A program made the position numbers and the translations under genes. From contig NC_057711.1 of assembly GCF_004010195.1 (NCBI RefSeq), positions 69,069,619 to 69,131,772 of the forward strand: a DNA stretch of 62,154 bases, given 5' to 3'. Each line of letters opens with the position of its first letter. Position 1 is the first letter of the stretch. Origin of the DNA: Chiloscyllium plagiosum (Eukaryota). Of this stretch, positions 51,796-62,154 are shown in pieces. The notes under the pieces are model-generated. The model was given only the letters and a program-made list of their open reading frames with translations, was not told the origin of the DNA and did no database searches.

Positions 51796-53550
51796 AGTTA
51801 TAGAGTCATAAAGCATGGAGACAGACCCTTTGGTCCAAATCATAAGCGCTGACCAGACATCCCAATCTGACCTGATCCCATTTGCCAGCGTTTGACCCAT
51901 ATTCCTCTAATTCATAAATTCATGCAATATGGGAGCAGAATTAGGCCATTCAGCCCATTGAGTCTGCTCCGCCATTCAATCATGATTGATATGCTCCTCA
52001 CCCCCATTTTCCTGCCTTTTCTCCATAACCCTTCAACCCACTATCAATGAAAAATCTGTCTAACTCCTTAAATTTACTCACTGTCCCAACATCCACTGGA
52101 CTTTGGGGTAGTGAATTCCACAGATTCACAATTCTTTGGGAGAAGTAGTTTCTCCTCAACTTTGTTTTAAATTTGCTACCCCTTATCCTAAGACTATGAC
52201 CTCTCATCCTAGAATGCCTCACAAGAGGAAGAATCCACTCTATGTCTATTATATCCACACCTTTGATCACCTTGAATACCTCAATTTGATCTCCCCTCAA
52301 ATCTCTCTTCATACGACAACCCCCTCCTTTCTCTGATCAATCTAGTGAACCTCCTCTGAACTGCCTCCAATGCCACTGCATCTTTCCTCACATAAGGTGA
52401 CCAAACCTCTGCACAGTAGTCCAGGTGTAGTATCTTGTATAGCTGCAACAATACTTCCTTACCCTTTATGCTCTATTCCTTTAGTTAAAGAAGCCAACAT
52501 TCTATTTGCTTTCTTTTATTATTTGTTGTACCTCTATGCTAGTTTGTTGTGACTCATGAACAAACACACCTTGATCCCTCTGCATCGGTGCACCCTGAAG
52601 TCTCTCCCCATTAAAATGATAGGTTGCCTTCCGATTTCTTTCGACCTGAATGCATGACCTCGCACTTATCCATGTTAATCTCTCTCTGCCAAATTTTGGC
52701 CTACTCTCCTAACCTATCTCTATCCATTTGCAGTTTCCTCATTGCAGTTTACCACCATACCTATTTTTTTGTTGACCACAAATCTGGCTATAGAGTCTTC
52801 TATCCCAGTATCCAAGTTGTTAATGTCAATTGTAAATAGCTGGGGTACAAGGACCAAACCCTGTGGCACCCCACTAGTTACATCTTGCCACACAGAGGAA
52901 AAAAAAGCATTTATTCCATCACCTCATCATCAATCCAAGCTAATAAAACACCCCTAATCTCATATGATCCAATCTTCTGAATTAACCTTGTGTGCTGCAA
53001 CTTGTCAAATGCCAGATAAATTACATTTATAGCATCCCCATTATCCACTTTGGCTAGAGTTCTTCAAAGAAGTAACAAGCAATTAGTCAAAAATGTTTTA
53101 CTCTTCATAAAACCATGCTGACTCTGATAGATAATGTTTTGACTTTTCAAATGTGCTGATATTGCTTCCTTTATAATTGAGTTTAACAGTTTCGCAACAA
53201 CAGATGTTAAACTAACTGGTCTGTAATTTCCCACATTTTGTCTTCCTCCCTTTTTGATAAAGGAGTTAGATTAGCCATTTTCCAATCCACTGGAACCTTG
53301 CCCATGTTCAGGACATTTTGGAATATTGTAACCAATGGATCTACTCTCTCCACTGTCACTTCCTTTAATATCCTAGGATGTAGGCCCTCAGGCCCAGGGG
53401 ACTTGTCTGTCTTCTATCCTAATAGTTTGCTTAATACCTTTTCCCTATCGACATTGATTGTTCAAAGTTCTACCTTATGTAATGCCTCTGACTTGCCCGT
53501 TCCAACAGGAATGGTACTATTGTCTTCCACCATGAAAACTGAGGCAAACA
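51796..53550 (-). mobile_element. CR1 relics (short HER1 tail plus a longer ORF2 fragment)
   Basis: RRNYFSQRIVNLWNSLP, TSGVPQG, QHGF and NYRPVSL motifs on the minus strand. Confidence 0.9.
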
Positions 53551-54350
53551 ATTCTCATTATAGTTTTAGATCCTCTCTTATTGCACAGTTCTAACCAGAG
53601 TCTCCACTGATTGTTTTCTGTAATGTATATCCACCCTTCGTAATGTTATAATGGTATATTTAATAAGTAAGATTACCCCTTCTCCTCTTCCAATTTCACT
53701 ATCCTATCCTTCCTTGGACGATGGAAGAGAGTTGGGGATCAATGAAATGTATAAACCCTTCCTATTCATATACCCATCCAAATGCCTTTTAAATGTTGCG
53801 ATTGTACTCGCCTCTACCACTTCCTCTGGCAGCTCATTCCATGCACGCATCACCCTCTATGTGAAATACACACCACTGAATGCAGCTTTACCAAAATCTA
53901 GGATCTTAGGAGTGCTATTAAGTTTTTTTTTCTTTCCAATATTAAATTTGATCATATAATGATCATTGTCAGATAAGTATTGCAATACTGTTGGATGATT
54001 AAGTCTGTCTCATCACGCATGACTGCAGCACATTGTTCAAGGAAAATGATCAAAATTCACTTTCACTCTCCATGGAAAGTAACATCTCCCTGTTAAAACA
54101 TTTCTGTTGTTGTCACAAACCATTCCATTATTGAATCAATGCATTTTACCTCTTCATTACTGTGCTCAAAATGTCTGTAGACCATTCTCTTTATAGTTTT
54201 TGGTCCTCTCTTATTGCACAGTTCTAACCAGTTTCTGCAACGTACATCCACCCTTCCTAATTTTGTAACAGTACCTTTAATCAATAGAATTGCCCCTTCT
54301 CCTCTTCCAGTTTCACTATCCTTCCTAGATAGATGGAAGAGGTTTGGGGA
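53551..54350. repeat. Direct local duplication of a decayed CR1 endonuclease segment (53551-53738 and 54184-54350)
   Basis: Shared blocks tcctctcttattgcacagttctaaccag and ccccttctcctcttcca.tttcactatcct. Confidence 0.85.
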
Positions 54351-55643
54351 AGTAAAAGGTGTGTCTAACTGCTTAGCTATGTATGACAAAGTCATTAGAA
54401 AGTTGATGAAGTGAAATGTAAATAGGCAAAAAGGTCAGAAGTATTGAGGGGACAGTGAAGGGTTGATTTAAAAACTGCAGATTGCCACGAAGACTAATTT
54501 ACTTGTAGTTTCTGCTGGGATTGGCCTGATTTAACTAAAGATAGAAAGATTTGCAAGTTAAGGTGGGAGATTTGAAGTAGTGAGTCAAAGAAAGTTTCAA
54601 ATCATGTTGCAAGACACTATGGAGAAGGATGCCTCATGAACAGTGATTGTAGTGTACCGTTTTGGAGGAAGTGGTTTTAAATGGCTTCCTGTGATTGACA
54701 GAAGTAGTTCTAAAAAAATGTATGAAACAGGCAGTCAGAGGACCACAGCTGGAATGTTGTGAAATCTTTCAGTCCTCAAATCAATAATTAACAGAATATA
54801 TTGTCACATTCATCACACCTGACAGCATAGATCTTAGTTTTTGTTTGGTTAAATCATTACAATTGATTTATTTTAAAGCATATTCTGTCAATCTTAAGTG
54901 TGCTGTCAATATCCAAGAGTTCAGTTACTAGGGTTGTTTTGTTACGTAGAGAATCACACTGTTGTGAACATATTCTGGTCTAGCATTCTGTGGTCAGCAG
55001 CAACTGGCAATGTATGCAGATTTATTAAACCATGTCATTATACCCTTAGTTCATCTGGTGCTAACTGTTACAGTTGGCTTCAAAACGTCAGTGTAGTTTA
55101 GGATTTTTTTTTTTAAATCAGCAAACCAGTTCCTAAATGTAATTAAGGCTCCCCTGGGATTCCTCTTTTTAATGCATTGTTTAAACACAGCCTGCACAAA
55201 ATGATGAATTGAATGAAATGTGCCAAGCGTACTAATACTAAAACTATTCAATGCATAATTGCTAAAAGCGAGGCAAAAAACTTATTAGAATGAAGGTTGG
55301 CACCTTAGTTGTGAAATAAACTATGCCAATTCAGGTTGAATACAGATGTGAATCAATTCACAGTATACAAGATAGATATTGTCTTGGAAATTGAAATTTA
55401 TGATGGTATTAACCTTTTTCAGTTTCTTAAGGAACCAATTGAGAAATTGTGCAATCATGTTGCAATGCAAAGACCTTGGCAGAATTGTTGCCCTCATTTA
55501 CACAAACTACCAGCAAGTTATGGCAAGTGAAGTTTCACGCAATATTTTATTATAAGGAGCATTAGTTGAAAATGCACCTTCTTTTGGTTCACAGCAACTT
55601 TTTAAAATTTTTATCTTGCTTGAAACAGATGAATAATAAATAT

Positions 55644-55950
55644 TAGATTAGATTCCCTACAGTGTGGAAGCAAGCCCTTCGGCCCAACAAGTCCACACCG
55701 ACCCTCCAAAGAGCAACCCAACCAAACCCTTTTCCCTTTGACTAATGCACGTAGCACTATGGACAATTTAGCACGGCCAATTCACCTAACCTGCACATCT
55801 TTGGACTGTGGGATGAAACCGGAGCACCCGGAGAAAACCCACGCAGACATGGGGAGAATGTGCAAACTCCACACAGACAGTCGCCTGAGCTTGGAATCGG
55901 ACCTGGGACCCTAGTGCTGTGAGGCAGGAGTGCTAACCACTGAACCACCA
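55644..55950 (-). mobile_element. HE1-type V-SINE
   Basis: Near full-length on the minus strand; aatatt occurs on both flanks. Confidence 0.95.
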
Positions 55951-57556
55951 ATATTGATGTGTAAGAAAGTATATTTCAAGTTTATCAATTGTAAGAATGT
56001 TCAGTTTTTTTATTGCTGTTCAGGGACTTGTATTTTTAAGATTTGTACTCCAATTTGTACTCCAATTACTATTTCTCTCATCTTTTTTGACTAAATATTT
56101 TTCTCATTACGGCTCCCACAGTACTGATTGGTTAAAACTGTTGCTAGGCTTAGATTGTAGGGAAATCAGCAGGGATCAGTAAAACCTGAACTTTATTTTG
56201 GTAGCTGGAATTCATCATTGTGCGCTCTACGTTTTGAATTTCTTGAAAAAGAAAAGCAGCGTACTAAAGAATAACGTTTATACTGGATGTGAGTTCAAAT
56301 TGAATTACTTGATTCTCAGTTTATGAATTAAAAGTGAGTACTTAAAACTTCATTTTAACTCTGAGTCGTAAAACTGTGTGAGATAAAACAGTTATACGAG
56401 GGGGGAGTCATTACAACAACAACATGCATTATGTGACAGCAAAGCTACTGGTATTGTTTTCCCTATCACTTCGTAAAATTTTTTTAAATCCCAAGATGTT
56501 TGACAAGAATTAATCCAGCAGTATCCTAAAAGGAAATATTAAACCATTGACCAAGCTTTCAGACAAAGGGGTAAGTTTGATACTACCTAAAGGCCGTTTT
56601 AAAGAACAGTTAAGAGTCAAACAAATTTCCGGAAGTCTGGAGTCACATGTACACTAGGTCAGGTAAGGGCAACCCTGCATAGTCTTCCTTAGTGACCTCT
56701 CTGGTCTAGTGCCAAAATTTGGAAAGCCGTCTCTCAAGCTAGTCACTCAACAGCCTGGCTTAGACAGTTTTGCAAATTCCTACCTCTCTCACAATGTTCA
56801 AGACAATGCAATCACCATCCTTAGCGATGTTGTGTTGCATCAGTTGGACAGACTGAGCAGAAGTTATGGCAAAGTGATGTACAGTTTCCCTAGGAATACT
56901 CAACATTGCCTCCACACCCCATTGTGAGTCGTGGCACCACGTCAGAACATGAGCAAGGAAACCACCTTCTAGTTATCTCAGCTGATGAATCCATGATCTT
57001 ACATGTTGAATACCACTTGGAGGAAGTGCTCAGGATGGCAAAGGCGGAGAATGTACTTTGTGCTGGGCAGCTTCAATGTCCAGCACCAAGAATGACTTGC
57101 CAGCCGGCAAGTTAGTCAAGTCCTAAGGGACATAACTGCTAGATTGGGTCTGTGGCAACTGGTGATACAAGCAGCAAGAAGGAAAAGCATAGCTGACCTG
57201 ATTGTCAGCAATCTATCTACTGGAGATAGATATATCAGTGACTGTATTGGAAGAAATAACTACTGCACAGTCTTTATAGAGACAAAAGTCCTATCTTCAC
57301 ATTGAGGAAACTCTCCAAGTTGTGAGGCACTACCACCCTAATAATTGGAGTATCCATTAAAAATTTGGGTTAATAGCACAAGCAGAATTATACTACAACA
57401 CAATCTGCAATCTTGTGACCCGTCATAATTCCCTCTCTTCCATTATCACGAAGTCAGGGTCAACCCTGGAACAATGACAAATGCAGGAGGAGATACGTTG
57501 ATCAGTACCAGGCATACCTAAAAATGGAGAATCCACAAATCAACACTATTTGCATG

Positions 57557-57748
57557 GAGTAAGTGAGGACTGCAGATGCTGGAGATACGAGTTGAAGAGT
57601 GTGGTGCTGGTAAAGCACAGCCAGTCAAATAGCATCCGAGAAGCAGGAGAATCGATGTTTCGAGCATAAGCCCTTCATCAGGCTCAACATCAGTTCTCCT
57701 GAACCTCGGATGCTGCCTGACCGGCTGTGCTTTTCCAGCACCACACTT
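57557..57748. mobile_element. Palindromic pLTR mini-element with TSD
   Basis: Inverted halves; TSD tatttgcatg at 57547-57556 and 57755-57764. Confidence 0.88.
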
Positions 57749-58336
57749 AAAGATTATTTGCATGCCAAACAGAGAAAGCAGCTAGTGTTAGATAGTGCTA
57801 AGTGATTCCAAGCCAACAGTTCAGATCTAAACTCTGCACTCCTGCCACATCCAGTCATAAATGCCAGAGGATAATTGAACAACTCACTGGAGTAAGAGGC
57901 TCCTCCAAGGATGCTCTATTACATTGGTACAAAAAATAGAGTTAATGCATTTGCAATAATCTTCAGCCAGAAGTGTAGCGTTGATGATCGATCTCAGCCT
58001 CCTCCAGTCACACCCAGCATCACAAATGCCAGTTTTCACTTGATTTAAATCACTCATGTGATATCAAGAATAGGCTAAAGACGCTGGATATTGCAAAGTT
58101 AACATACCATAACAACATTTCCGGTGAATACTAAAGACTTGTGCTCTAGAGCCTGCTGTGTCCCTCACCAAACAGTTCGAGTACAGCTGAAACACTGGCA
58201 TCCACTCCGCAATCTGGAAAATTGCCCAGGTATGGCCCGTACACAAGCAGGAAAACATTATCCTGGCCATCAGCTGACTCTTGATCTTCAGTAAAGTGAT
58301 AGCCGGGATCATCAATAGTGCTATCAAGCAGTACCA

Positions 58337-59790
58337 AGAGTCAGAGCTGTACTGCATGGAAACAGACCCTTCGGTCCAACTCGTCCATGTCAAACAGATA
58401 CTTTAAATTAATCTATTCCCACTTGCCAACACTTGGCCCATACCTCTCTAAGAGAAAATGAAGACTGCAGATGCTGGAAAAGCACAGCAGGTCAGGCAGC
58501 ATCCGAGAAGCAGGAGAATCACCTTTTCAGTCAAAAGCCCTTCATCAGGAATGAGGCTTGTGAGCCAAGAGGGTGGAGAGATAAATGAGAGGGGATGGGG
58601 TTGGGGGAAGGTAGCTGAGAGTGCCTTAGGAAGATGGAGGTGGGGGTAATTGGTGATAGGTCATAGAGAATGGGGTAGGTCATGAGGGTGGTGCAGAGTT
58701 GGAAGGTAGAATCTGGGTTAAGGTGGGGGGGGGGAGGGGAAACAGCCCTCTAAGCCCTTCCTATTCATACCCATCAAGATGCCTTTTAAATGTTTTACTT
58801 AGATCAGACTCCTCCACTTCCTCTTGACAGCTCATTCCATACATGCACACCCTTGCATGAAAAGGTTGCCCCTTTTAAATCTTTCCCCTCTCACCCTAAA
58901 CCTGTGCCTTCTAGTTCCGGACTTTCCCATCCCAGGGAAAAGACCTTGTCTATTTACCCTATCCATACCCCTCATGATTTTATTAACCTCTATAAGGTCA
59001 CCCCTCAGCATCCGACGCTTCGGGAAAACAGTGCCAGCCTATTCAACCTATCCCTATAGCTCAAACCCTTCAACCCTGGCAACGCCCTTGTAAATCTTTT
59101 CTGAACCCTCTCAAGTTTCACAACATCCTTTCTGTAGGAGGGAGACCAGAATTGCATACAGTATTCCAAAAGTAGCCTAACCAATGTCCTGTACAGCTGC
59201 AACATGACCCCCTAACTCCGATACTCAATGCTCTGACCAATAAAAGAAAGTATACCAAAAGCTGCCTTCACTATCCTATCAACCTGCGACTCCACTTTCA
59301 AGGAGCTAGGAACCAGCACGCCAAGGTCTCTTTGTTCAACAACACTCCCTGGGACCATACCATTAAATGTATAAGTCTTGCCCTGATTTGCCTTTCCAAA
59401 ATGCAGCACCTTGCATTTATCTAAGTTAAACACCATCTGCCACTCCTCAGTCCATTGGCCTACGTGATCAAGATCCCATTATACTACTTTGTTGTCCATT
59501 ACACCTCCAATTTTGGTGTCATCTGCAAGCATACTAACCATACCTCCAATGTTCACAACCAAATCATTTATAAACATGATGAAAAGCCCCACTACTGCTG
59601 GGTCTGGCACTCCACTGGTCACAGGCCTCCAGTGCCAAAAGCAACCCTCCACTACCACACTTTGTCTTCTACCTTCAAGCCAGTTCTGTATCTATATGAC
59701 ACGTTCTCACTGTATTCCATATGATCTAATCTTGTTAACCAGTCTACCATGAGGAACCTTATCAAACGCCTTAGTGAAGTGCATGTTGAT
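58337..59790 (-). mobile_element. CR1/HER1 3' fragment nested in LINE family B
   Basis: FNLDKCKVLHFG and LEYCMQFWSPSYRKD motifs plus the 3' tail. Confidence 0.95.
58452..58742 (-). mobile_element. PLE 3' fragment (pLTR plus pyrimidine-rich tail) nested in CR1
   Basis: Antisense match to 61850-62154; ctctaag is repeated on both flanks. Confidence 0.85.
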
Positions 59791-61060
59791 CGTGTCCTGC
59801 TTGGGAATTACCTGCTCAGTAATGCCCAGTTTGGGATCCGCCAGGGCCACTCAGCTCCTGACCTCATTACAACCTTGGTTCAAACATGGACAAAAGTATT
59901 GAACTGTACAGGTGAGGTAAAAATGACTGTCCTTACCAACAAGTTTTATTTGAAGAGTGTAGCGTCTCGAATAGCCCAATAAAACTGGAGTTGATGTAAA
60001 CTGGGAGAGCTCTCTGGTTGGAGTCATGCTTGGCCCAAAGAATAATTATGGTTGTTAAAAGTTATCTCTGATGTCGCTGAGTTCTTCAGGATCGTGTCCA
60101 TGGCCACACCACCTTCAGTTCATTTATTTATGTCCTTTTGTCTAACAGATGGTCAGAGGTTGAGAGGTTCAACAATGACTGCACAATGTTCAGCAGCATT
60201 TGTAGCCCCCTCTGTAGCAGTCCATCTCCATATGCAGCAAGACCTAGACAATATCCAGGCCTACGTTGACAAGTGGCAAATAACATTCATGCTACACAAA
60301 GGCCATCTAAAGCAGGAGAAAATCTAGCCATTGTACCTTGACTTTCAATAGATTTAGCATTGCTGAATCCCCCACTATTGATATGCTGTCCAGAAAGTGA
60401 ACTAGACTAGTTGTATAAATACTATGGCTACAAGTGCAAGTCAGAGCCTAGTCCTGCAGAGAGTAACTCTCCTGACTGTCCAAAGCCTGCCTTCCATCTA
60501 CAAGGCATAGGTCAGGAGTGTGATAGAATGTTCTCCACTTGCCTGGATGAATGCAGCCCCAGCAACACTCAAGATGCTCGATACCATTCAATGTAGAACA
60601 GCTGGTTAGGTTGACTCCACATCTACAAACATTCACTCCATTCACCCATGATGCTTAGTAACAGCAAGACGCACTGTAGAAAGTCACCAATGTTTGTCTG
60701 CCAGTACCTTCTAAACCCACTACCACGATCATCTGGATGGTGTCAGGCCGCAGTTATATGTGGACGCCATCAACTGCAAATTCCCCTCCAAGCTCCCCCC
60801 CCCCCCCCCCTTCATTCTGCCTTGGAATTATATCCTTGTTCATTCATTGCTGCTTGGTCAAAATTCTGGAACTCCTGACCCAATGGTATTGTGGGTACCG
60901 ACACCAAATGAATTGCAGTAGTGGTAGAAGGCTGCTCATAACCACCTTCTCAAAGGCAGTTAGGCATTGGCAGTAAATGATGGCCCAGCCAATAAATATT
61001 AATAATTTTTTAGAAAGATTTTGATCATAAATGACAACCAAAACTGGACAAAATGAGGTG

Positions 61061-61134
61061 CTGTAGGGCAGTAAAATTGTATTCAAGCGCAATGACTCTG
61101 TAGGGCAGTAAAATTGTACTCAATCACAATGACT
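61061..61134. repeat. 37-bp tandem duplication
   Basis: ctgtagggcagtaaaattgta.tcaa.c.caatgact twice, 3 mismatches. Confidence 0.95.
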
Positions 61135-61405
61135 TTTACTCCATCACAAATTCAGAAATTGTGGTGTTCACTGGTGATTACATGATGTTTGACACCAGTT
61201 TCTACTCCTGGTGTAACAATCAATGTCCATGTCCAGCAAGACCTGACAACATTCAGGATTTTGCTGATTTGTAGAAAGTAACATTGGCACTTGAATCTAA
61301 CCATAACACTTTGATGTTCAATGGCCTTACCATTGCTGACCTCCAACTATCAACATCTCGGGGTTACCATTGATCAGTAACTGAACTGGCTCACCAATCT
61401 AAATA

Positions 61406-62154
61406 GGAGAAAGTGAGGTCTGCAGATGCTGGAGATCAGAGCTGAAAATGTGTTGCTGGAAAAGCGCAGCAGGTCAGGCAGCATCCAGGGAACAGGAGAA
61501 TCGACGTTTCGGGCATAAGCCCTTCTTCAGGAATGAGGAAAGTTTGTCCAGCAGGCTAAGATAATCATCTATTGCATCCTCTGCACCCGATGTGGCCTCC
61601 TCTATATTAGGGAGACAGGCCGGCTACTTGCGGAGCGTTTCAGAGAACACCTCTGGGACACCAGGACCAACCAACCCAACCACCCTGTAGCTCAACATTT
61701 CAACTCCCCCTCCCACTCCACCAAGGACATGCAGGTCCTTGGACTCCTCCATCGCCAGACCACAACAAAACGACGGTTGGAGGAAGAACACCTCATCTTC
61801 CGGCTAGGAACCCTCCAACCACAAGGGATGAACAAGGATTTCACCAGTTTCCTCATTTCCCCTCCCCCCAGCCTGTCTCAGTCAAATCCATCAAATCCAG
61901 CACCGCCTTCCTAACCTGCCATCTTCTTCCCGACCTCTTCGCCCCCACTCCAGTCTGACCTATCACCCTCACCTTGACCTCTCGCCACCCATCACATTTC
62001 CGACGCCCCTCCCCCAAGCCCCTCCTCCCTACCTTTTATCTTAGCCTGCTGGACAAACGTTCCTCATTCCTGAAGAAGGGCTTATGCCCGAAACGTCGAT
62101 TCTCCTGTTCCCTGGATGCTGCCTGACCTGCTGCGCTTTTCCAGCAACACATTT
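61406..62154 (+). mobile_element. Young 5'-truncated PLE: inverted pLTR, GIY-YIG endonuclease end, pLTR (runs off the window)
   Basis: Open frame 61564-61914 IIYCILCTRCGLLYIRETGRLLAERFREHL...; 119-bp inverted copies at 61446-61564 and 62036-62154 differ at one base. Confidence 0.95.
62066..62100 (+). ncRNA. Minimal hammerhead ribozyme core in pLTR (mirror copy at 61498-61534, minus strand)
   Basis: CTGAAGA (62070), a, GGGC-ttat-GCCC, GAAAC-GTC. Confidence 0.75.

Larger units (their letters stand above)
56590..60990 (+). mobile_element. Near full-length decayed LINE family B (APE plus RT) with inverted 5' piece and nested insertions
   Basis: PKFGKPSLKLVTQQP (APE), WKIAQVWPVHK, LLSNAQFGIRQGHSAPDLIT and MQQDLDNIQAYVDKWQ (RT); tail ggcagtaaatgatggcccagcc. 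Confidence 0.85.

Noticed and set aside
10179..62154. CRISPR-like array or DNA-transposon MITEs from the recurring palindromes
   Set aside because: Copies are dispersed, arms are asymmetric, TSD lengths vary and the sequence matches PLE pLTRs; the context is eukaryotic.

Overview
Repeat-rich vertebrate DNA, almost certainly from a cartilaginous fish. The diagnostics are nine HE1/V-SINE copies, their HER1/CR1 partner LINEs, DeuSINE (SacSINE1-like) relics and shark-type Penelope-like elements (PLEs). It reads as a long intron or intergenic region with no complete gene. Nearly all ORFs in the track are decayed or off-frame retroelement pieces (CR1, L2, Rex1/Babar, Gypsy, PLE). One plausible 72-nt coding exon (26960-27031, DLKPDYISKTALQRNLNFEIVCKK) is present, but I cannot assign it to a gene. 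The best leads are four. (1) That exon cassette appears to sit inside a split ancient SINE. (2) A LINE family has a tRNA-like head placed about 400 bp before its endonuclease, with no room for ORF1, and a SINE built from its two ends is present. (3) About a dozen PLE terminal-repeat mini-elements carry minimal hammerhead-ribozyme cores, often as long hairpins with 10-18 bp target-site duplications. (4) Already-decayed sequence has been locally duplicated several times, in inverted and direct orientation. I cannot demonstrate a wholly new biological system. Repeat boundaries were read by eye and are approximate unless a TSD is given, and family names come from remembered consensus sequences, not from a search.
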